A DNA stretch of 64,000 nucleotides. Origin: the human T2T-CHM13v2.0 reference genome, Homo sapiens. Each line of letters opens with the position of its first letter. The first letter of the stretch is position 1. The stretch is from the NCBI RefSeq assembly GCF_009914755.1, contig NC_060925.1; one strand, written 5' to 3'. The translations under genes and the position numbers were made by a program. A model generated the notes under the pieces. It had not been told where the DNA came from. It worked only from the letters and a program-made list of their open reading frames with translations, and did not search any database. Positions 11,560-24,817 of this stretch are shown here, piece by piece.

Positions 11560-14500
11560 GTAACTTCCTTGTGTTGTGTGTATTCAACTCACAGAGTTGA
11601 ACGATCCTTTACACAGAGCAGACTTGAAACACTCTTTTTGTGGAATTTGCAAGTGGAGATTTCAGCCGCTTTGAGGTCAATGGTAGAAAAGTAAATATCT
11701 TCGTATAAAGACTAGACAGAATGATTCTCAGAAACTCCTTTGTGATGTGTGCGTTCAACTCACAGAGTTTAACCTTTCTGTTCATAGAGCAGTTAGGAAA
11801 CACTCTGTTTGTAATGTCTGCAAGTGGATATTCAGACCTCCTTGAGGCCTTCGTTGGAAACGGGATTTCTTCATATTCTGCTAGACAGAAGAATTCTCAG
11901 TAACTTCCTTGTGTTGTGTGTATTCAACTCACAGAGTTGAACGATCCTTTACACAGAGCAGACTTGAAACACTCTTTTTGTGGAATTTGCAAGTGGAGAT
12001 TTCAGCCGCTTTGAGGTCAATGGTAGAAAAGGAAACTATCTTCATATAAAGACTAGACTGAATGATTCTCAGAAAATCTTTTGTGATGTGTGCGTTCAAC
12101 TCACAGAGTTTAACTTTTCTTCTCATAGAGCAGTTAGGAAACACTCTGTTTGTAAAGTCTGCAAGTGGATATTCAGACCTCTTTGAGGCCTTCGTTGGAA
12201 ACGGGATTTCTTCATATTATGCTAGACAGAATAATTCTCAGTAACTTCCTTGTGTTGTGTGTATTCAACTGACAGAGTTGAAGGATCCTTTACAGAGAGC
12301 AGGCTTGAAACACTCTTTTTGTCGAATTTGCAAGTGGAGATTTCAGCCGCTTTGAGGTCAATGGTAGAATAGGAAATATCTTCTTATAGAAACTAGACAA
12401 AATGATTCTCATGAACTCCTTTGTGATGTGTGCGTTCAACTCACAGAGTTTAACCTTTCTTTTCATAGAGCAGTTAGGAAACACTCTTTGTAAAGTCTGC
12501 AAGTGGATATTCAGACCTCCTTGAGGCCTTCGTTGGAAACGGGATTTCTTCATATTCTGCTAGACAGAAGAATTCTCAGTAACTTCCTTGTGTTGTGTTG
12601 ATTCAACTCACAGAGTTGAATGATCCTTTACACAGAGCAGACTTGAAACACTCTTTTTGTGGAATTTGCAAGTGGAGATTTCAGCCGCTTTGAGGTCAAT
12701 GGTAGAAAAGTAAATATCTTCGTATAAAGACTAGACAGAATGATTCTCAGAAACTCCTTTGTGATGTGTGCGTTCAACTCACAGAGTTTAACCTTTCTGT
12801 TCATAGAGCAGTTAGGAAACACTCTGTTTGTAAAGTCTGCAAGTGGATATTCAGACCTCCTTGAGGCCTTCGTTGGAAACGGGATTTCTTGCTATTCTGC
12901 TAGACAGAAGAATTCTCAGTAACTTCCTTGTGTTGTGTGTATTCAACTCACAGAGTTGAACGATCCTTTACACAGAGCAGACTTGAAACACTCTTTTTGT
13001 GGAATTTGCAAGTGGAGATTTCAGCCGCTTTGAGGTCAATAGTAGAAAAGGAAATATCTTCGTAGAAAAACTAGACAGAATGATTCTCAGAAACTCCTTT
13101 GTGAAGTGTGCGTTCAACTCACAGAGTTTAACCTTTCTTTTCATAGAGCAGTTAGTAAACACTCTGTTTATAAAGTCTGCAAGTGGATATTCAGACCCCT
13201 TTGAGGCCTTCGTTGGAAACGGGATTTCTTCATATTATGCTAGACAGAAGAATTCTCAGTAACTTCCTTGTGTTGTGTGTATTCAACTGACAGAGTTGAA
13301 CTTTCATTTAGAGAGAGCAGATTTGAAACACTGTTTTTGTGGAATTTGCAAGTGGAGATTTCAAGCGCTTTGGGGCCAAAGGCAGAAAAGGAAATATCTT
13401 CGTATAAAAACTAGACAGAATCATTCTCAGAAACTGCTGCGTGATGTGTGCGTTCAACTCTCAGAGTTTAACTTTTCTTTTCATTCAGCGGTTTGGAAAC
13501 ACTCTGTTTGTAAAGTCTGCACGTGGATATTTTGACCACTTAGAGGCCTTCGTTGGAAACGGGTTTTTTTCATGTAAGGCTAGACAGAAGAATTCCCAGT
13601 AACTTCCTTGTGTTGTGTGCATTCAACTCACAGAGTTGAACGTTCCCTTAGACAGAGCAGATTTGAAACACTCTATTTGTGCAATTTGCAAGTGTAGATT
13701 TCAAGCGCTTTAAGGTCAACGGCAGAAAAGGAAATATCTTCGTTTCAAAACTAGACAGAATCATTCCCACAAACTGCGTTGTGATGTGTTCGTTCAACTC
13801 ACAGAGTTTAACCTTTCTGTTCATAGAGCAGTTAGGAAACACTCTGTTTGTAAAGTCTGTAAGTGGATATTCTGACATCTTGTGGCCTTCGTTGGAAACG
13901 GGATTTCTTCATATTCTGCTAGACAGAAGAATTCTCAGTAACTTCCTTGTGTTGTGTGTATTCAACTCACAGAGTTGAACGATCCTTTACACAGAGCAGA
14001 CTTGAAACACTCTTTTTGTGGAATTTGCAAGTGGAGATTTCAGCCGCTTTGAGGTCAATGGTAGAAAAGTAAATATCTTCGTATAAAGACTAGACAGAAT
14101 GATTCTCAGAAACTCCTTTGTGATGTGTGCGTTCAACTCACAGAGTTTAACCTTTCTGTTCATAGAGCAGTTAGGAAACACTCTGTTTGTAATGTCTGCA
14201 AGTGGATATTCAGACCTCCTTGAGGCCTTCGTTGGAAACGGGATTTCTTCATATTCTGCTAGACAGAAGAATTCTCAGTAACTTCCTTGTGTTGTGTGTA
14301 TTCAACTCACAGAGTTGAACGATCCTTTACACAGAGCAGACTTGAAACACTCTTTTTGTGGAATTTGCAAGTGGAGATTTCAGCCTCTTTGAGGTCAATG
14401 GTAGAAAAGGAAACTATCTTCATATAAAGACTAGACTGAATGATTCTCAGAAAATCTTTTGTGATGTGTGCGTTCAACTCACAGAGTTTAACTTTTCTTC

Positions 14501-16317
14501 TCATAGAGCAGTTAGGAAACACTCTGTTTGTAAAGTCTGCAAGTGGATATTCCGACCTCTTTGAGGCCTTCGTTGGAAACGGGATTTCTTCATATTATGC
14601 TAGACAGAATAATTCTCAGTAACTTCCTTGTGTTGTGTGTATTCAACTGACAGAGTTGAAGGATCCTTTACAGAGAGGAGGCTTGAAACACTCTTTTTGT
14701 CGAATTTGCAAGTGGAGATTTCAGCCGCTTTGAGGTCAATGGTAGAATAGGAAATATCTTCTTATAGAAACTAGACAAAATGATTCTCATGAACTCCTTT
14801 GTGATGTGTGCGTTCAACTCACAGAGTTTAACCTTTCTTTTCATAGAGCAGTTAGGAAACACTCTGTTTGTAAAGTCTGCAAGTGGATATTCAGACCTCC
14901 TTGAGGCCTTCGTTGGAAACGGGATTTCTTCATATTCTGCTAGACAGAAGAATTCTCAGTAACTTCCTTGTGTTGTGTTTATTCAACTCACAGAGTTGAA
15001 TGATCCTTTACACAGAGCAGACTTGAAACACTCTTTTTGTGGAATTTGCAAGTGGAGATTTCAGCCGCTTTGAGGTCAATGGTAGAAAAGTAAATATCTT
15101 CGTATAAAGACTAGACAGAATGATTCTCAGAAACTCCTTTGTGATGTGTGCGTTCAACTCACAGAGTTTAACCTTTCTGTTCATAGAGCAGTTAGGAAAC
15201 ACTCTGTTTGTAAAGTCTGCAAGTGGATATTCAGACCTCCTTGAGGCCTTCGTTGGAAACGGGATTTCTTGCTATTCTGCTAGACAGAAGAATTCTCAGT
15301 AACTTCCTTGTGTTGTGTGTATTCAACTCACAGAGTTGAACGATCCTTTACACAGAGCAGACTTGAAACACTCTTTTTGTGGAATTTGCAAGTGGAGATT
15401 TCAGCCGCTTTGAGGTCAATAGTAGAAAAGGAAATATCTTCGTAGAAAAACTAGACAGAATGATTCTCAGAAACTCCTTTGTGATGTGTGTGTTCAACTC
15501 ACAGAGTTTAACCTTTCTTTTCATAGAGCAGTTAGTAAACACTCTGTTTATAAAGTCTGCAAGTGGATATTCAGACCCCTTTGAGGCCTTCGTTGGAAAC
15601 GGGATTTCTTCATATTCTGCTAGACAGAAGAATTCTCAGTAACTTCCTTGTGTTGTGTGTATTCAACTGACAGAGTTGAACTTTCATTTGGAGAGAGCAG
15701 ATTTGAAACACTGTTTTTGTGGAATTTGCAAGTGGAGATTTCAAGCGCTCTGGGGCCAAAGGCAGAAAAGGAAATATCTTCGTATAAAAACTAGACAGAA
15801 TCATTCTCAGAAACTGCTGCGTGATGTGTGCGTTCAACTCTCAGAGTTTAACTTTTCTTTTCATTCAGCGGTTTGGAAACACTCTGTTTGTAAAGTCTGC
15901 ACGTGGATATTTTGACCACTTAGAGGCCTTCGTTGGAAACGGGTTTTTTTCATGTAAGGCTAGACAGAAGAATTCCCAGTAACTTCCTTGTGTTGTGTGC
16001 ATTCAACTCACAGAGTTGAACGTTCCCTTAGACAGAGCAGATTTGAAACACTCTATTTGTGCAATTTGCAAGTGTAGATTTCAAGCGCTTTAAGGTCAAC
16101 GGCAGAAAAGGAAATATCTTCGTTTCAAAACTAGACAGAATCATTCCCACAAACTGCGTTGTGATGTGTTCATTCAACTCACAGAGTTTAACCTTTCTGT
16201 TCATAGAGCAGTTAGGAAACACTCTGTTTGTAAAGTCTGTAAGTGGATATTCTGACATCTTGTGGCCTTCGTTGGAAACGGGATTTCTTCATATTCTGCT
16301 AGACAGAAGAATTCTCA
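11560..16317 (+). repeat. Two tandem 14-mer variants B'-G'-A-B-D-E-F (2378 and 2380 bp)
   Basis: B' has a generic/G-like 5' end, the B marker AAGTAAAT and private GTAATGTC; G' has GACTAGACTG. The same unit recurs at 38418, 40798 and 47258. Confidence 0.88.
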
Positions 16318-19300
16318 GTAACTTCCTTGTGTTGTGTGTATTCAACTCACAGAGTTGAACGATCCTTTACACAGAGCAGACTTGAAACACTCTTTTTGTG
16401 GAATTTGCAAGTGGAGATTTCAGCCGCTTTGAGGTCAATGGTAGAAAAGGAAACTATCTTCATATAAAGACTAGACAGAATGATTCTCAGAAAATCTTTT
16501 CTGATGTGTGCGTTCAACTCACAGAGTTTAACTTTTCTTCTCATAGAGCAGTTAGGAAACACTCTGTTTGTAAAGTCTGCAAGTGTATATTCAGACCTCT
16601 TTGAGGCCTTCGTTGGAAACGGGATTTCTTCATATTATGCTAGGCAGAATAATTCTCAGTAACTTCCTTGTGTTGTGTGTATTCAACTCACAGAGTTGAA
16701 GGATCCTTTACAGAGAGCTGGCTTGAAACACTCTTTTTGTCGAATTTGCAAGTGGAGATTTCAGCCGCTTTGAGGTCAATGGTAGAATAGGAAATATCTT
16801 CTTATAGAAACTAGACAAAATGATTCTCATGAACTCCTTTGTGATGTGTGCGTTCAACTCACAGAGTTTAACCTTTCTTTTCATAGAGCAGTTAGGAAAC
16901 ACTCTGTTTGTAAAGTCTGCAAGTGGATATTCAGACCTCCTTGAGGCCTTCGTTGGAAACGGGATTTCTTCATATTCTGCTAGACAGAAGAATTCTCATT
17001 AACTTCCTTGTGTTGTGTTTATTCAACTCACAGAGTTGAATGATCCTTTACACAGAGCAGACTTGAAACACTCTTTTTGTGGAATTTGCAAGTGGAGATT
17101 TCAGCCGCTTTGAGGTCAATGGTAGAAAAGTAAATATCTTCGTATAAAGACTAGACAGAATGATTCTCAGAAACTCCTTTGTGATGTGTGCGTTCAACTC
17201 ACAGAGTTTAACCTTACTGTTCATAGAGCAGTTAGGAAACACTCTGTTTGTAAAGTCTGCAAGTGGATATTCAGACCTCCTTGAGGCCTTCGTTGGAAAC
17301 GGGATTTCTTCATATTCTGCTAGACAGAAGAATTCTCAGTAACTTCCTTGTGTTGTGTGTATTCAACTCACAGAGTTGAACGATCCTTTACACAGAGCAG
17401 ACTTGAAACACTCTTTTTGTGGAATTTGCAAGTGGAGATTTCAGCCGCTTTGAGGTCAATAGTAGAAAAGGAAATATCTTCGTAGAAAAACTAGACAGAA
17501 TGATTCTCAGAAACTCCTTTGTGATGTGTGCGTTCAACTCACAGAGTTTAACCTTTCTTTTCATAGAGCAGTTAGTAAACACTCTGTTTATAAAGTCTGC
17601 AAGTGGATATTCAGACCCCTTTGAGGCCTTCGTTGGAAACGGGATTTCTTCATATTATGCTAGACAGAAGAATTCTCAGTAACTTCCTTGTGTTGTGTGT
17701 ATTCAACTGACAGAGTTGAACTTTCATTTAGAGAGAGCAGATTTGAAACACTGTTTTTGTGGAATTTGCAAGTGGAGATTTCAAGCGCTTTGGGGCCAAA
17801 GGCAGAAAAGGAAATATCTTCGTATAAAAACTAGACAGAATCATTCTCAGAAACTGCTGCGTGATGTGTGCGTTCAACTCTCAGAGTTTAACTTTTCTTT
17901 TCATTCAGCGGTTTGGAAACACTATGTTTGTAAAGTCTGCACGTGGATATTTTGACCACTTAGAGGCCTTCGTTGGAAACGGGTTTTTTTCATGTAAGGC
18001 TAGACAGAAGAATTCCCAGTAACTTCCTTGTGTTGTGTGCATTCAACTCACAGAGTTGAACGTTCCCTTAGACAGAGCAGATTTGAAACACTCTATTTGT
18101 GCAATTTGCAAGTGTAGATTTCAAGCGCTTTAAGGTCAACGGCAGAAAAGGAAATATCTTCGTTTCAAAACTAGACAGAATCATTCCCACAAACTGCGTT
18201 GTGATGTGTTCGTTCAACTCACAGAGTTTAACCTTTCTGTTCATAGAGCAGTTAGGAAACACTCTGTTTGTAAAGTCTGTAAGTGGATATTCTGATATCT
18301 TGTGGCCTTCGTTGGAAACGGGATTTCTTCATATTCTGCTAGACAGAAGAATTCTCAGTAACTTCCTTGTGTTGTGTGTATTCAACTCACAGAGTTGAAC
18401 GATCCTTTACACAGAGCAGACTTGAAACACTCTTTTTGTGGAATTTGCAAGTGGAGATTTCAGCCGCTTTGAGGTCAATGGTAGAAAAGGAAACTATCTT
18501 CATATAAAGACTAGACAGAATGATTCTCAGAAAATCTTTTGTGATGTGTGCGTTCAACTCACAGAGTTTAACTTTTCTTCTCATAGAGCAGTTAGGAAAC
18601 ACTCTGTTTGTAAAGTCTGCAAGTGGATATTCAGACCTCTTTGAGGCCTTCGTTGGAAACGGGATTTCTTCATATTATGCTAGACAGAATAATTCTCAGT
18701 AACTTCCTTGTGTTGTGTGTAGTCAACTCACAGAGTTGAAGGATCCTTTACAGAGAGCAGGCTTGAAACACTCTTTTTGTCGAATTTGCAAGTGGAGATT
18801 TCAGCCGCTTTGAGGTCAATGGTAGAATAGGAAATATCTTCTTATAGAAACTAGACAAAATGATTCTCATGAACTCCTTTGTGATGTGTGCGTTCAACTC
18901 ACAGAGTTTAACCTTTCTTTTCATAGAGCAGTTAGGAAACACTCTGTTTGTAAAGTCTGCAAGTGGATATTCAGACCTCCTTGAGGCCTTCGTTGGAAAC
19001 GGGATTTCTTCATATTCTGCTAGACAGAAGAATTCTCATTAACTTCCTTGTGTTGTGTTTATTCAACTCACAGAGTTGAATGATCCTTTACACAGAGCAG
19101 ACTTGAAACACTCTTTTTGTGGAATTTGCAAGTGGAGATTTCAGCCGCTTTGAGGTCAATGGTAGAAAAGTAAATATCTTCGTATAAAGACTAGACAGAA
19201 TGATTCTCAGAAACTCCTTTGTGATGTGTGCGTTCAACTCACAGAGTTTAACCTTTCTGTTCATAGAGCAGTTAGGAAACACTCTGTTTGTAAAGTCTGC

Positions 19301-22300
19301 AAGTGGATATTCAGACCTCCTTGAGGCCTTCGTTGGAAACGGGATTTCTTCATATTCTGCTAGACAGAAGAATTCTCAGTAACTTCCTTGTGTTGTGTGT
19401 ATTCAACTCACAGAGTTGAACGATCCTTTACACAGAGCAGACTTGAAACACTCTTTTTGTGGAATTTGCAAGTGGAGATTTCAGCCGCTTTGAGGTCAAT
19501 AGTAGAAAAGGAAATATCTTCGTAGAAAAACTAGACAGAATGATTCTCAGAAACTCCTTTGTGAAGTGTGCGTTCAACTCACAGAGTTTAACCTTTCTTT
19601 TCATAGAGCAGTTAGTAAACACTCTGTTTATAAAGTCTGCAAGTGGATATTCAGACCCCTTTGAGGCCTTCGTTGGAAACGGGATTTCTTCATATTATGC
19701 TAGACAGAAGAATTCTCAGTAACTTCCTTGTGTTGTGTGTATTCAACTGACAGAGTTGAACTTTCATTTAGAGAGAGCAGATTTGAAACACTGTTTTTGT
19801 GGAATTTGCAAGTGGAGATTTCAAGCGCTTTGGGGCCAAAGGCAGAAAAGGAAATATCTTCGTATAAAAACTAGACAGAATCATTCTCAGAAACTGCTGC
19901 GTGATGTGTGCGTTCAACTCTCAGAGTTTAACTTTTCTTTTCATTCAGCGGTTTGGAAACACTCTGTTTGTAAAGTCTGCACGTGGATATTTTGACCACT
20001 TAGAGGCCTTCGTTGGAAACGGGTTTTTTTCATGTAAGGCTAGACAGAAGAATTCCCAGTAACTTCCTTGTGTTGTGTGCATTCAACTCACAGAGTTGAA
20101 CGTTCCCTTAGACAGAGCAGATTTGAAACACTCTATTTGTGCAATTTGCAAGTGTAGATTTCAAGCGCTTTAAGGTCAACGGCAGAAAAGGAAATATCTT
20201 CGTTTCAAAACTAGACAGAATCATTCCCACAAACTGCGTTGTGATGTGTTCGTTCAACTCACAGAGTTTAACCTTTCTGTTCATAGAGCAGTTAGGAAAC
20301 ACTCTGTTTGTAAAGTCTGTAAGTGGATATTCTGACATCTTGTGGCCTTCGTTGGAAACGGGATTTCTTCATATTCTGCTAGACAGAAGAATTCTCAGTA
20401 ACTTCCTTGTGTTGTGTGTATTCAACTCACAGAGTTGAACGATCCTTTACACAGAGCAGACTTGAAACACTCTTTTTGTGGAATTTGCAAGTGGAGATTT
20501 CAGCCGCTTTGAGGTCAATGGTAGAAAAGGAAACTATCTTCATATAAAGACTAGACAGAATGATTCTCAGAAAATCTTTTGTGATGTGTGCGTTCAACTC
20601 ACAGAGTTTAACTTTTCTTCTCATAGAGCAGTTAGGAAACACTCTGTTTGTAAAGTCTGCAAGTGGATATTCAGACCTCTTTGAGGCCTTCGTTGGAAAC
20701 GGGATTTCTTCATATTCTGCTAGACAGAAGAATTCTCAGTAACTTCCTTGTGTTGTGTGTATTCAACTCACAGAGTTGAAGGATCCTTTACAGAGAGCAG
20801 GCTTGAAACACTCTTTTTGTCGAATTTGCAAGTGGAGATTTCAGCCGCTTTGAGGTCAATGGTAGAATAGGAAATATCTTCTTATAGAAACTAGACAGAA
20901 TGATTCTCATAAACTCCTTTGTGATGTGTGTGTTCAACTCACAGAGTTTAACCTTTCTTTTCATAGAGCAGTTAGGAAACACTCTGTTTGTAAAGTCTGC
21001 AAGTGGATATTCAGACCTCCTTGAGGCCTTCGTTGGAAACGGGATTTCTTCATATTCTGCTAGACAGAAGAATTCTCAGTAACTTCCTTGTGTTGTGTTT
21101 ATTCAACTCACAGAGTTGAATGATCCTTTACACAGAGCAGACTTGAAACACTCTTTTTGTGGAATTTGCAAGTGGAGATTTCAGCCGCTTTGAGGTCAAT
21201 GGTAGAAAAGTAAATATCTTCGTATAAAGACTAGACAGAATGATTCTCAGAAACTCCTTTGTGATGTGTGCGTTCAACTCACAGAGTTTAACCTTTCTGT
21301 TCATAGAGCAGTTAGGAAACACTCTGTTTGTAAAGTCTGCAAGTGGATATTCAGACCTCCTTGAGGCCTTCGTTGGAAACGGGATTTCTTCATATTCTGC
21401 TAGACAGAAGAATTCTCAGTAACTTCCTTGTGTTGTGTGTATTCAACTCACAGAGTTGAACGATCCTTTACACAGAGCAGACTTGAAACACTCTTTTTGT
21501 GGAATTTGCAAGAGGAGATTTCAGCCGCTTTGAGGTCAATAGTAGAAAAGGAAACATCTTCGTAGAAAAACTAGACAGAATGATTCTCAGAAACTCCTTT
21601 GTGATGTGTGTGTTCAACTCACAGAGTTTAACCTTTCTTTTCATAGAGCAGTTAGTAAACACTCTGTTTATAAAGTCTGCAAGTGGATATTCAGACCCCT
21701 TTGAGGCCTTCGTTGGAAACGGGATTTCTTCATATTATGCTAGACAGAAGAATTCTCAGTAACTTCCTTGTGTTGTGTGTATTCAACTGACAGAGTTGAA
21801 CTTTCATTTGGAGAGAGCAGATTTGAAACACTGTTTTTGTGGAATTTGCAAGTGGAGATTTCAAGCGCTTTGGGGCCAAAGGCAGAAAAGGAAATATCTT
21901 CGTATAAAAACTAGACAGAATCATTCTCAGAAACTGCTGCGTGATGTGTGCGTTCAACTCTCAGAGTTTAACTTTTCTTTTCATTCAGCGGTTTGGAAAC
22001 ACTCTGTTTGTAAAGTCTGCACGTGGATATTTTGACCACTTAGAGGCCTTCGTTGGAAACGGGTTTTTTTCATGTAAGGCTAGACAGAAGAATTCCCAGT
22101 AACTTCCTTGTGTTGTGTGCATTCAACTCACAGAGTTGAACGTTCCCTTAGACAGAGGAGATTTGAAACACTCTATTTGTGCAATTTGCAAGTGTAGTTT
22201 TGAAGCTCTTTAAGGTCAACGGCAGAAAAGGAAATATCTTCGTTTCAAAACTAGACAGAATCATTCCCACAAACTGCGTTGTGATGTGTTCGTTCAACTC

Positions 22301-24476
22301 ACAGAGTTTAACCTTTCTGTTCATAGAGCAGTTAGGAAACACTCTGTTTGTAAAGTCTGTAAGTGGATATTCTGACATCTTGTGGCCTTCGTTGGAAACG
22401 GGATTTCTTCATATTCTGCTAGACAGAAGAATTCTCAGTAACTTACTTGTGTTGTGTGTATTCAACTCACAGAGTTGAACGATCCTTTACACAGAGCAGA
22501 CTTGAAACACTCTTTTTGTGGAATTTGCAAGTGGAGATTTCAGCCGCTTTGAGGTCAATGGTAGAAAAGGAAACTATCTTCATATAAAGACTAGACAGAA
22601 TGATTCTCAGAAAATCTTTTGTGATGTGTGCGTTCAACTCACAGAGTTTAACTTTTCTTCTCATAGAGCAGTTAGGAAACACTCTGTTTGTAAAGTCTGC
22701 AAGTGGATATTCAGACCTCTTTGAGGCCTTCGTTGGAAACGGGATTTCTTCATATTCTGCTAGACAGAAGAATTCTCAGTAACTTCCTTGTGTTGTGTGT
22801 ATTCAACTCACAGAGTTGAAGGATCCTTTACAGAGAGCAGGCTTGAAACACTCTTTTTGTCGAATTTGCAAGTGGAGATTTCAGCCGCTTTGAGGTCAAT
22901 GGTAGAATAGGAAATATCTTCTTATAGAAACTAGACAGAATGATTCTCATAAACTCCTTTGGATGTGTGCGTTCAACTCACAGAGTTTAACCTTTCTTTT
23001 CATAGAGCAGTTAGGAAACACTCTGTTTGAAAAGTCTGCAAGTGGATATTCAGACCTCCTTGAGGCCTTCGTTGGAAACGGGATTTCTTCATATTCTGCT
23101 AGACAGAAGAATTCTCAGTAACTTCCTTGTGTTGTGTTTATTCAACTCACAGAGTTGAATGATCCTTTACACAGAGCAGACTTGAAACACTCTTTTTGTG
23201 GAATTTGCAAGTGGAGATTTCAGCCGCTTTGAGGTCAATGGTAGAAAAGTAAATATCTTCGTATAAAGACTAGACAGAATGATTCTCAGAAACTCCTTTG
23301 TGATGTGTGCGTTCAACTCACAGAGTTTAACCTTTCTGTTCATAGAGCAGTTAGGAAACACTCTGTTTGTAAAGTCTGCAAGTGGATATTCAGACCTCCT
23401 TGAGGCCTTCGTTGGAAACGGGATTTCTTCATATTCTGCTAGACAGAAGAATTCTCAGTAACTTCCTTGTGTTGTGTGTATTCAACTCACAGAGTTGAAC
23501 GATCCTTTACACAGAGCAGACTTGAAACACTCTTTTTGTGGAATTTGCAAGAGGAGATTTCAGCCGCTTTGAGGTCAATAGTAGAAAAGGAAATATCTTC
23601 GTAGAAAAACTAGACAGAATGATTCTCAGAAACTCCTTTGTGATGTGTGTGTTCAACTCACAGAGTTTAACCTTTCTTTTCATAGAGCAGTTAGTAAACA
23701 CTCTGTTTATAAAGTCTGCAAGTGGATATTCAGACCCCTTTGAGGCCTTCGTTGGAAACGGGATTTCTTCATATTATGCTAGACAGAAGAATTCTCAGTA
23801 ACTTCCTTGTGTTGTGTGTATTCAACTGACAGAGTTGAACTTTCATTTAGAGAGAGCAGATTTGAAACACTGTTTTTGTGGAATTTGCAAGTGGAGATTT
23901 CAAGTGCTTTGAGGCCAAAGGCAGAAAAGGAAATATCTTCGTATAAAAACTAGACAGAATCATTCTCAGAAACTGCTGCGTGATGTGTGCGTTCAACTCT
24001 CAGAGTTTAACTTTTCTTTTCATTCAGCGGTTTGGAAACACTCTGTTTGTAAAGTCTGCACGTGGATATTTTGACCACTTAGAGGCCTTCGTTGGAAACG
24101 GGTTTTTTTCATGTAAGGCTAGACAGAAGAATTCCCAGTAACTTCCTTGTGTTGTGTGCATTCAACTCACAGAGTTGAACGTTCCCTTAGACAGAGCAGA
24201 TTTGAAACACTCTATTTGTGCAATTTGCAAGTGTAGATTTCAAGCGCTTTAAGGTCAACGGCAGAAAAGGAAATATCTTCGTTTCAAAACTAGACAGAAT
24301 CATTCCCACAAACTGCGTTGTGATGTGTTCGTTCAACTCACAGAGTTTAACCTTTCTGTTCATAGAGCAGTTAGGAAACACTCTGTTTGTAAAGTCTGTA
24401 AGTGGATATTCTGACATCTTGTGGCCTTCGTTGGAAACGGGATTTCTTCATATTCTGCTAGACAGAAGAATTCTCA
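16318..24476 (+). repeat. Four consecutive regular 12-mer HORs
   Basis: G dimers start at 16318, 18358, 20398 and 22438, with the next at 24477. Identical ORF patterns recur every 2040/2039 bp. Confidence 0.92.
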
Positions 24477-24817
24477 GTAACTTCCTTGTGTTGTGTGTAT
24501 TCAACTCACAGAGTTGAACGATCCTTTACACAGAGCAGACTTGAAACACTCTTTTTGTGGAATTTGCAAGTGGAGATTTCAGCCGCTTTGAGGTCAATGG
24601 TAGAAAAGGAAACTATCTTCATATAAAGACTAGACAGAATGATTCTCAGAAAATCTTTTGTGATGTGTGCGTTCAACTCACAGAGTTTAACTTTTCTTCT
24701 CATAGAGCAGTTAGGAAACACTCTGTTTGTAAAGTCTGCAAGTGGATATTCAGACCTCTTTGAGGCCTTCGTTGGAAACGGGATTTCTTCATATTATGCT
24801 AGACAGAATAATTCTCA

